NCBI GenBank assembly: GCA_944332815.1
Contig: CALVKQ010000001.1
Coordinates: 178,579-242,578 of the forward strand
Direction: 5' to 3'
DNA from: an uncultured Clostridia bacterium
GTDB lineage: Bacteria; Bacillota; Clostridia; Christensenellales; CAG-917
DNA length: 64,000 nucleotides
Part shown: in pieces, positions 15,302 to 22,607 of the stretch
Numbering within the stretch: the first letter of the stretch is position 1
How the letters are laid out: each line of letters begins with the position of its first letter
Notes under the pieces: model-generated
Seen by the model: the letters and a program-made list of their open reading frames with translations, nothing else
Databases searched by the model: none
What the model was told of the DNA's origin: nothing
Translations under genes and position numbers: made by a program

Positions 15302-15600
15302 TTGGCTGAGCGGCGCGTTGAACCGTCCTTGAACAAGTATAAATTAAATACCAAGCACGCCCCGAAAGAGTGCACGTGAGAAATAGAGTATTTATTCCGT
15401 CTTCGAATGGGCGTGAAGTGTGTTCAAGCACGCTCGCTCATGCTTCACGTTATACGGAAAACAGGAACGCGTTGGGACAATAGGGGACGGGGTAAAGCCG
15501 GGGTCCCCACCTGCGGTGGGGCTTGGGGGCGCAAATGTTCAAATGAGGGCGTTGCCTGCCCACATTTGAACATTTTTACCCCGTCCCCGTTTGTCCCGGA
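15302..15600 (+). repeat. Long-hairpin intergenic element, copy 2, with ~170-bp conserved left flank
   Basis: Arms at 15474-15496 and 15575-15597. Inner hairpin AAATGTTCAAATG...CATTTGAACATTT. The flank shares a 50-nt identical run (aagagtgcacgtgagaaatagagtatttattccgtcttcgaatgggcgtg) with copy 3. Confidence 0.9.
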
Positions 15601-15701
15601 TAAAGCACGCCCCGAATAAGCACGCGGCGTGTACAGGTGCGCGTTGTCCCGTCTTTTAATGAGTGTAAATAAAACCCCACCCTCACTCGCGAAAGTCCCT
15701 C

Positions 15702-15730
15702 TTGAAAACGCGGCGCGGCGCCGCTATAAT
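15702..15730 (+). promoter_or_regulatory. Promoter for ispDF (TTGAAA-17-TATAAT)
   Basis: TTGAAAacgcggcgcggcgccgcTATAAT, 47 nt before the ATG. Confidence 0.55.
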
Positions 15731-15776
15731 ATTTTTGACGCGCACACGCACATACGCGACCGCGCGACAGGTGGTT

Positions 15777-16895
15777 ATGGCTCACATCAACGTCGTCATT
15801 GCGGCAGGCGGTTCAGGTCTGCGCTACGGAAAAGAAAACAAATTGCTGGAACCGTGCGGTTCCTCCTGCGTGCTGGTCGAAGCGGTGAAACCTTTCCTTG
15901 CCTTTCCCGAGGTCAGGCGCGTCATCATTGCTGTGGACACGGACTCGGCGGACGAGTTTTTGGACAGTCTTGCGGCGGCGCATTTGGACGAAGACAGGCG
16001 CGTGACTCTCACTCGCGGCGGCGCGAGCCGCACCAAAACGGTGAAATACGGCTTGCAGGCGCTGGATGAGGAATGCGACCTGGTGCTCATCCACGACGGG
16101 GCGAGGCCCTTCGTGTCGCGCGCGCTCATAGAACGGGTCATTCGCGGAGCGGAAGCCACGGGAGCGTGCATTCCCGTGCTGCCTTTCACCGACAACATCC
16201 TGCGCGTGACGGGTGGAGTGCCCGAACCGTTGGACCGCACCGACTACCGACGGGTGCAGACGCCTGCCGGCTTCGCGCGCGAACGCGTCGAAAGAGCGTA
16301 TTCCCTCTGTGAAGAGGACTGCCTGGACGACTTCACCGTGGTCCACCGCTACACGGAAGGGGCGGTTTCGGTGACGGACGGCGACCCCAAAAACGTAAAG
16401 ATAACCGTCAAAGAGGATCTTCGCACCTCTCTGGTGGGGTTCGGCTACGACATACACCGCCTGCAAGAGGGCAAAGGCATAAAGCTGCTCGGGGAACGCA
16501 TCCCCTGCCCTTACTCCTTCGTGGCGCACTCGGACGGCGACGTCGCGGTGCACGCGGTGATGGACGCCATCCTCTCCGCGCTTGGCGAAAAGGACATCGG
16601 GCATCTCTATCCCGTGGACGACCCCAAGTACGACGGGGCGGACAGCATGAAACTGCTCAAAGGCGTGTTGAAGATCATGCACGCCAAAGGACGCTCCGCC
16701 GCAAGTCTTTCCGTGTGCATCATCGCGGAAAAGCCGGTCATAGCCCCTCATGTGGACAGGATGCGCACGCGCATGGCGCAGGCGCTCGCACTGCCCTCCG
16801 ACAAGATAGGCATCACAGCCACCACCAACGAGGGAGTGGGAGATATCGGCAACGCGGAAGCCGTCGCCGCCTGCGCCTATGTCCTGCTGAAATAA
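15777..16895 (+). CDS. ispDF: Bifunctional 2-C-methyl-D-erythritol 4-phosphate cytidylyltransferase / MEcPP synthase (IspD-IspF fusion)
   Basis: N-terminal IspD motif VVIAAGGSGLRYG; C-terminal IspF motifs GFGYDIHRL and AHSDGDVAVHAVMDA. ATG 15777 is preceded by ACAGGTGG. Confidence 0.9.
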   Translation: MAHINVVIAAGGSGLRYGKENKLLEPCGSSCVLVEAVKPFLAFPEVRRVIIAVDTDSADEFLDSLAAAHLDEDRRVTLTRGGASRTKTVKYGLQALDEECDLVLIHDGARPFVSRALIERVIRGAEATGACIPVLPFTDNILRVTGGVPEPLDRTDYRRVQTPAGFARERVERAYSLCEEDCLDDFTVVHRYTEGAVSVTDGDPKNVKITVKEDLRTSLVGFGYDIHRLQEGKGIKLLGERIPCPYSFVAHSDGDVAVHAVMDAILSALGEKDIGHLYPVDDPKYDGADSMKLLKGVLKIMHAKGRSAASLSVCIIAEKPVIAPHVDRMRTRMAQALALPSDKIGITATTNEGVGDIGNAEAVAACAYVLLK

Positions 16896-16949
16896 CCCCG
16901 CCCCATACGGACGGGAAGACTGAAAGTTTATCTGTTTAGAGAGAGGCGA

Positions 16950-17654
16950 TTAACACCACTCTGCTTCCGCTTTAAGCGCAAGTATTTCCGCGGAGGGCGC
17001 AAATTTAACGTTGTTAACCTGACTGATGGTCAACTCCGTCGGAGTTTTTTCTCCGTTGACAAGGCATTCGTACCCTATGGTAAGTGTCGTGCCCGAAAGG
17101 ATGACGCGACCACTCCCCGCAATATATCCGGGAAACGCAAGCCCTGCAAGCTCGTCATCAAGCACTATTCTTCCGTCTTCATCAGTCATTAAAATGTAGA
17201 TCAATTGAGAATGAAACTCGAAATTGAGCCGCATCACCCCCGCGATCCCCTTTTCGGGAGATACATCGGAGTCTTCAATAGCCTGCTCGAACGTTTTTTT
17301 CTCCGCCCTTATGTTTGACGCATCGTTTGCGTCGTAAACCAAGCGGTAATAGACACCGTCCTCATAGGTATAAAGTGTTTCTATTCCGACAGAGAATACC
17401 CGGCAATTATTGTCATCAACATAAAGTACACCCACAGACTCATTGCCGGTAATGATATAACCCGACGAAGCCATCATTGCATCTTGTATCTCCCGCGCAG
17501 TTTTTCCCTCGGTAAAGATCTTGTCACCCGCTCCGCCCTGCGTGTCGTTTCCGCCGGTGCCAGCCATTCCTCCCTCGTTGCAAGCAGCAAGCCCTATCGC
17601 AGCGCACGCAACGACCGCCAAAACCAGCAACAACGCCGACATCCTTTTCCCCAT
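16950..17654 (-). CDS. Hypothetical lipoprotein
   Basis: Signal peptide plus lipobox MGKRMSALLLVLAVVACAAIGLAAC|NEGG. SD GGGGG upstream. Markedly lower G+C than neighbours. No recognisable catalytic motif. Confidence 0.7.
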   Translation of the reverse strand: MGKRMSALLLVLAVVACAAIGLAACNEGGMAGTGGNDTQGGAGDKIFTEGKTAREIQDAMMASSGYIITGNESVGVLYVDDNNCRVFSVGIETLYTYEDGVYYRLVYDANDASNIRAEKKTFEQAIEDSDVSPEKGIAGVMRLNFEFHSQLIYILMTDEDGRIVLDDELAGLAFPGYIAGSGRVILSGTTLTIGYECLVNGEKTPTELTISQVNNVKFAPSAEILALKAEAEWC

Positions 17655-17863
17655 ATTTTCCCCCTTTCTCGGCTATTCATAGCCGCACCTTTATATTTAC
17701 AGTTATAACCTACCCCCCCCCCATTACGTCAAGTGTTTTCTATCTTTTCAACAACACTCTCAGATTTTATAAAGTTTAGCGAAGGGGAAAATGCCCTCGC
17801 CCAAAGTTCACGGCGAACCCGGAGAATATAAAATGAACAAATGGGGACGTTCCTCATTTTAGA

Positions 17864-17959
17864 CACTTGGGGACGGGCTTGTTTTGTCCAAAAATTGGAC
17901 AGTTGGGGACGGGCTTGTTTTGTCCAAAAATTGGACAAATCAAACACGTCCCCAAGTGT
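17864..17959. repeat. 36-bp tandem duplication enclosed by a 13-bp inverted repeat
   Basis: TTGGGGACGGGCTTGTTTTGTCCAAAAATTGGACA(G/A) x2 (17867-17938). Flanks ACACTTGGGGACG / CGTCCCCAAGTGT. Each unit holds the hairpin TGTCCAaaaatTGGACA. Confidence 0.9.
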
Positions 17960-18026
17960 CCAAACATCTCCCGATTGCCTGCGCCGCCCTAAATCCAAAA
18001 CGCCTTGGGACATATCGGGGACCACG

Positions 18027-18163
18027 AAATTAGCCCCACGATAAAATCGAAGATTTTTCCGTGGGGACCCCGACTAAACCCCATCCCGAAATCGGAGATT
18101 TCGCGACGGGGACCCCGAGTTTTGCCCCAGCCGAAAATCAAAGATTTTCGCCCGGGGACCCCG
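18027..18163. repeat. 45/46-bp tandem repeat x3 (GCCCCA..CGAAAATCnAAGATTTTCG..GGGGACCCCG units)
   Basis: Units end in GGGGACCCCG at 18072, 18117 and 18163. Each has a CGAAA(A)TC..GAT(T)TTCG hairpin. A near-identical unit sits inverted at 14731-14768. Confidence 0.85.
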
Positions 18164-18165
18164 TA

Positions 18166-18453
18166 GTGATGTCAGCGGATAACCGCGATATTTGAATGCA
18201 GAACGCGAAAGCACCCCTCTTTCGGTGAGGCGCGTACTATATCGTACGTAACGAACCGAAAGAGGGGTGCTGACAAAGTTGTGCGCAAAAATCGGTGCGA
18301 ACGGCAACTCGTTCAAAGACCGAAACAGCTGACATCAATATTTGGATGAAGTGCGCGAAAGAGCCGCCCGAGCAGACAGGAGTGTACTTGTTGTACATGA
18401 CTGTTTGCGAGGGCGGCTCTGACAAAGCAATTCGCCAAATAGTGATGTCAGCG
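18166..18453. repeat. Nested palindromic repeat pair immediately 3' of rpsI
   Basis: 10-mer TGATGTCAGC at 18167-18176 and 18443-18452, with its inverse GCTGACATCA at 18328-18337. Two units (18188-18278, 18338-18427) have conserved flanks ATATTTGrATG.AG..CGCGAAAG / CTGACAAAG around different long hairpins. Confidence 0.85.
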
Positions 18454-18864
18454 TTTGGAGAATTGGGGGGCTTTGCGCGCCTTATGCAACCCATACTTCT
18501 TGCGTTCTTTCTGTCTGGGGTCGCGCTTCAGGTAGCCTGCTTTTTTGAGGATGGAGCGATACGCTTCCTTGTCGCAAACGCAGAGCGCACGGGCGATGCC
18601 GTGACGGATCGCGCCTGCCTGCCCGGTCATACCGCCGCCGCGGACGTTGACGATGACGTCGAACTTATCCGTTGCGCTGACGGCTTCCAGGGGCTGATTG
18701 ACGATGAGGCGCATGGTGTCGAGGGGGAAGTAATCCTCGAAGGTGCGCTTGTTGATGGTGATGTTGCCCTCGCCGGGGATGAGGCGGACGCGCGCGATGG
18801 CGGTCTTCCTTCTGCCGGTGCCGAGATATTGAACTTTCTTCTTAACGGTTTTCTTGGTAGCCAT
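18448..18864 (-). CDS. rpsI: 30S ribosomal protein S9
   Basis: [28 protein letters not shown]...[19 protein letters not shown]...[18 protein letters not shown] lies 5 nt before ATG 18864. Confidence 0.95.
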   Translation of the reverse strand: MATKKTVKKKVQYLGTGRRKTAIARVRLIPGEGNITINKRTFEDYFPLDTMRLIVNQPLEAVSATDKFDVIVNVRGGGMTGQAGAIRHGIARALCVCDKEAYRSILKKAGYLKRDPRQKERKKYGLHKARKAPQFSKR

Positions 18865-18878
18865 ATTCACACCTCACC

Positions 18879-19343
18879 TTATTTCAGTTCCAGCGCGACG
18901 GGACGCTGTGCCTGATGATCATGCTCGCTGCCGGCGTAGACGCGGAGCTTTTTGAGCATATCTCTGCCGAGAGAGTTCTTGGGGAGCATACCCTTGACCG
19001 CCTTATAGACGGCGAACTCGGGCTTCTCGTTCATGAGCTTCTTGTACTGCACTTCTTTCAGACCGCCGATGTAGCCGGTGTGATAGCGATAGTATTTCTG
19101 CTCGAGTTTCTTGCCGGTGAGAGCCACCTTTGCGCAATTGATGACGATGACATGGTCACCGCAGTCGACGTGGGGAGTATATTCGGGTTTGTTCTTGCCC
19201 TTCAAAATGGCGGCAACCTGAGAAGCCAGACGTCCGAGCACCATATCGGTGGCGTCGACGACGTACCACTTGCTCTCCACTTCGCCGGGTTTTGCCATGT
19301 AAGACTTATTGTTGTTTGCCATTGCGGACAAATCCTTAGCCAT
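18879..19343 (-). CDS. rplM: 50S ribosomal protein L13
   Basis: ...[60 protein letters not shown] lies 5 nt before ATG 19343. Confidence 0.93.
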   Translation of the reverse strand: MAKDLSAMANNNKSYMAKPGEVESKWYVVDATDMVLGRLASQVAAILKGKNKPEYTPHVDCGDHVIVINCAKVALTGKKLEQKYYRYHTGYIGGLKEVQYKKLMNEKPEFAVYKAVKGMLPKNSLGRDMLKKLRVYAGSEHDHQAQRPVALELK

Positions 19344-19451
19344 ACAGACCTCCAAAATTTTCGTGTGTATTCGTATATATAGACTGCAAGGCGAGGGGCT
19401 AGTTCGCGCTTACAACAATATCCGCATACGCCTGCGTACAGACGCTTAAAT

Positions 19452-19480
19452 ATGATATTAAACAAAACAAACACTGTCAA
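19452..19480 (-). promoter_or_regulatory. Promoter for rplM-rpsI (TTGACA-17-TATCAT)
   Basis: Minus strand TTGACAgtgtttgttttgtttaaTATCAT. Leaves a ~100-nt leader before rplM (possible L13-type leader, not verifiable by eye). Confidence 0.55.
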
Positions 19481-19584
19481 GCGATTTTTGCCTCAAAAAT
19501 AAATTCCGTTCCTCCTCCCCGTCCCTGCGCAACATATTGGGGTCACAGCGCCTTGTCTTTTTGCGGACGACCAGACAAACCTCC

Positions 19585-19617
19585 GCAAAATGCGAAAGCC
19601 GCCCATTCAGGACGGCT
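19585..19617 (-). terminator. Terminator after the GH31 gene
   Basis: 8-bp stem AGCCGUCC/GGGCGGCU (one G-U pair on the minus transcript) followed by UUUCGCAUUUU. Confidence 0.5.
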
Positions 19618-19663
19618 CTTTTCGTGCTTCATGCTGCGCACAAACGGAAAACCGATGCGGCGG

Positions 19664-21802
19664 TCACTCCTCCTTTTCCTTCCCGACGGGTATCTCCTCC
19701 GCGACTACGGTCATCTCCCTGCACGGCACTTCCACCGCGTTGCCTGCGGACGAAAGCCGCTCGGGCACGGTGAATTTGACGTCGCCGTAATTGCAGAAAA
19801 CGACTTTTATCCTCTTTGTTACGCAGTCGGAACTCGGTTTTATGTCAAAATGCGTGACATTGCCCTCCGTCCTCGTGCGGAAGGATATACTGCCCGTTTC
19901 GTCATACATGGTGTACTCGCCGTCCCCTTTGAACACCCTGACTTCCAGCGCGTCGAACAGCTGCGAGTTGCCCTCTCTTGCCGCGAGCATGGGGACGATC
20001 GCCCCTTCTTTCGCAAAGACGGGGATGCGGTCGAACGGGCTCTTCAACACGGCAAGGCGTTCCCCGTGATAGACCTCCCCCGTGAAAAAGTCCGTCCACA
20101 TCCCTTTCGGGAACCAGACTTTCGTGCGCGCGCTGCCGTCCCTCTTCGCTTTGGTGACCACGGGCGCGACCAGAAGTTCCGACCCGAAGGTATATTCGTT
20201 CTTCGCGTCGAAGGCGAACGGGCTGTCCCAGCCGTAGTACATGGGCGCGCAGAGGGGTATCCCCTCCTCCGCCGTGCGCACGTTGGCGGTGTAGAGATAG
20301 GGAAGCAGGCGGTGGCGCAGGCGCATGAAGTCCGCCGCTATCTTTTCCGCCTCTTCACCGTACAGCCACGGTTCTTTCGAGATCCCGTTCTTGGTGGAAT
20401 GCAGCCTGTCGATAGGCGAGAAAACGCCGAATTGCAACCACCTGACGTAAAGCTCCGGGTCCCCTTTTCCGAACATATGTCCGCCTATGTCGTGCGACCA
20501 CCACGTATAGCCCACGTTGGTCGCGAGCGCGGTGAACCACGGTTGCAGTTTCAGGCTCTTCCAGCACACCACGGTGTCCCCCGAGAAACCCAAAGGATAG
20601 CGGTGCGAACCCGGTCCGGCGTAACGGGAAAGTATGATGCCGCGTTTGCCGTCGCGGCAGATGTCTTCGGTGTGATAATGGTTGAGCAGCCAAAGGGGGT
20701 CCAGCCCTTTCATTTTGGACTTGGTGCCCTGCTGCCAGTCTATCCACCAGAAATCCACCCCCTCCGCCTCGTACGGGTGGTGGAGGATGCGGAAGTACGC
20801 CTCACGGAACTTCTCGTCGGTGAGGTCGAACTCCACCGTCTGCTTGGTGGACGGGTCTATGCCGCAGGCGCGCGCCATCTCGGGATACTGCTCCTCGTAG
20901 TATCTCACGCCGTCGCGCGGATGCAGGTTCATGGTGACGGCGAGCCCCCTCTTTTTCAGTTCCGCGAAAAAGAGTTTGTGGTCGGGGAAGAGCTCCTTGT
21001 TGAAGGTGTACCCCGTCCAGCCCGCGCATTGAGTGGGATTGTGGGGCTTGAACTCTTCCGGCACGCCGTCAACGATGTGCCAGTCCATGTCTATCGTGGC
21101 GACCGTCAACGGGATATCCCTCTTCGCGAACTCGTCCATGAGCGCGAGATATTCCTCCTGCGTGTAGGCGTGATAGCGCGACCACCAGTTTCCGAGGGCG
21201 TATTTGGGCAGCAACGGAGTGTGCCCCGTCAGTTCGTACCACTCTTTGAGTCCGCCCGAAAAATCCCTGCCGAACGCGAAAACGTACTTGTCCGCAACGC
21301 CCTCTTTGCGCGGCGCGACGGAGCCGTCCGGCTGCAAGGTGAAAGAGTGCGAATCGTCCAATTCGGCAACGCCGTTCGAGGACATCACGCCGCTTCTGAT
21401 GTTGGCGAAAAAGAACATATCCTTGCCCTTACCGTTCTTTTTCATGCGCACCACGCCGAACGTCCCGTCCAGCGTGCGCGCCGTGCCTCCGAGATTGGTG
21501 CGCGCGGAAGGACACACTCTTTTCCCTCCCGACACACACTCCGTCGCAAGCGTCTTTTTGTCTACGATAAATTGCGTGCTTCTTGTCGTAATACACACTT
21601 TATCCGCCGTTTCGTTCACTTCAAACTGCGGTTTTGAAAAAGACCTGTTCACCACCGTCTGCGTGGGCGCGTCGGTGAACACGCCGTCTTTGCTCCTTTC
21701 TACGCGCAATATCCTTTCCGACAATACGGAAAGACGGAGGTCGCCCGTCCTGATGACGAACTCCTCCGCCGTGCGCGATCTGCCGTCGTTGTAACGTGAC
21801 AT
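19664..21802 (-). CDS. Glycoside hydrolase family 31 protein (alpha-glucosidase/xylosidase-like)
   Basis: 712 aa. GH31-like blocks TIDMDWH, GVDFWWIDWQQG, WWSHDIGGH, KEPWLYGEEA. Strong SD GAAAAGGAGAGG before ATG 21802. Confidence 0.78.
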   Translation of the reverse strand: MSRYNDGRSRTAEEFVIRTGDLRLSVLSERILRVERSKDGVFTDAPTQTVVNRSFSKPQFEVNETADKVCITTRSTQFIVDKKTLATECVSGGKRVCPSARTNLGGTARTLDGTFGVVRMKKNGKGKDMFFFANIRSGVMSSNGVAELDDSHSFTLQPDGSVAPRKEGVADKYVFAFGRDFSGGLKEWYELTGHTPLLPKYALGNWWSRYHAYTQEEYLALMDEFAKRDIPLTVATIDMDWHIVDGVPEEFKPHNPTQCAGWTGYTFNKELFPDHKLFFAELKKRGLAVTMNLHPRDGVRYYEEQYPEMARACGIDPSTKQTVEFDLTDEKFREAYFRILHHPYEAEGVDFWWIDWQQGTKSKMKGLDPLWLLNHYHTEDICRDGKRGIILSRYAGPGSHRYPLGFSGDTVVCWKSLKLQPWFTALATNVGYTWWSHDIGGHMFGKGDPELYVRWLQFGVFSPIDRLHSTKNGISKEPWLYGEEAEKIAADFMRLRHRLLPYLYTANVRTAEEGIPLCAPMYYGWDSPFAFDAKNEYTFGSELLVAPVVTKAKRDGSARTKVWFPKGMWTDFFTGEVYHGERLAVLKSPFDRIPVFAKEGAIVPMLAAREGNSQLFDALEVRVFKGDGEYTMYDETGSISFRTRTEGNVTHFDIKPSSDCVTKRIKVVFCNYGDVKFTVPERLSSAGNAVEVPCREMTVVAEEIPVGKEKEE

Positions 21803-21843
21803 GATCCTCTCCTTTTCTTGTCGCCCCGTATCGGGCGAAGCGC

Positions 21844-22422
21844 TCACTTTTCCTCGGGCTTCAACACCACCGCAAGGAAGGTGCAGGGGGCGCCGTCCAC
21901 CGCTATCATGCCGTGGGGCTGACCGCTGTCGTAATATATCGTGTCGCCGGGACGGAGCACGTCCACGTTCCCTGCGACATTGACCATCAGGCTGCCCGTC
22001 AGGATATAGTCCATCTCCTGCCCCTTGTGAGCGGACAGAGGTATGGGCTTGTCCTCCGCGCCTTTGACGTACGGCGCGGTGACGAAGAAGGGTTCCGCCG
22101 TCCTGCCGCGGAAGTTCTGCGCCAGGTGCTGATAGCTGAAAGAGTGCCTGCGTTCGGTGAGGACTCCCTGCCCTGCGCGCACTATGCTGTACGACGACAG
22201 CGTGGGAGTGTATCCCGTGAGCAGCGCGGTCACGTCCACGCCGAACCGCCCTGCGCAGTTATACAAAAAAGTGACCGAAAAATCCTTTTCGCCGTTCTCA
22301 TAGGCGAGATAGGTCTTCTCGTCCACGCCTGCCGCCTCCGCCATTTCGGGGACGGATATCTCCATCATTTCGCGCAGCCCTTTGAGCCTTTCCGCGATCT
22401 CCTTGGTGTTGGAATTGTTCAT
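21844..22422 (-). CDS. XRE-family HTH transcriptional regulator with C-terminal cupin domain
   Basis: MNNSNTKEIAERLKGLREMMEISVPEMAEAAGVDEKTYLAYENGEKD (HTH_3-like) plus a cupin-like C-terminus (GDTIYYDSGQPHGM). SD GAGGTG before ATG 22422. 41 nt upstream of the GH31 gene. Confidence 0.8.
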   Translation of the reverse strand: MNNSNTKEIAERLKGLREMMEISVPEMAEAAGVDEKTYLAYENGEKDFSVTFLYNCAGRFGVDVTALLTGYTPTLSSYSIVRAGQGVLTERRHSFSYQHLAQNFRGRTAEPFFVTAPYVKGAEDKPIPLSAHKGQEMDYILTGSLMVNVAGNVDVLRPGDTIYYDSGQPHGMIAVDGAPCTFLAVVLKPEEK

Positions 22423-22607
22423 ATTCACCTCATATGCGCCTATGCGCCTCTTATCCTGCGGCGGCGCGTATCGCGCACGTCCGCGCATTTACCGGGATAT
22501 TTTAGCAAATTTTCCTCCGAAAGTCAATGTCGGGAACACTTTCTTCCGCTCGGGGCGCGCGCCGCGCTTTTTTCATATATTGTCGTATCGGACATTCGGA
22601 GGTAGTT

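Noticed and set aside
14654-15619. Small ORFs 14654..14920(+), 15407..15619(+) and 26675..27058(-) that share peptide similarity (..RWDNRGRGKAGVPTCG..CPHLNIF..).
   Set aside because: The similarity is a by-product of the nucleotide repeat. The ORFs run through perfect hairpin arms, lack SD sequences and differ in frame and length between copies.
17729-18025. 98-aa minus-strand ORF with the repeated peptide LSNFWTKQARPQ.
   Set aside because: The ORF is kept open only because the tandem unit is 36 bp. It has a GTG start without an SD and lies wholly inside palindromic repeat DNA.
18188-18427. Hammerhead-like words (CGAAAG ... CTGACAAAG) flanking hairpins.
   Set aside because: The order and spacing do not fit any hammerhead permutation: there is no stem I between the hairpin and CUGA, and no CUGANGA. 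I therefore treat it as an unclassified repeat.
22423-22607. Expected glmS ribozyme upstream of glmS.
   Set aside because: The 185-nt intergenic region shows none of the conserved core segments I recall for the ribozyme, and I see no nested pseudoknot pattern. I cannot exclude a divergent form without cmsearch.
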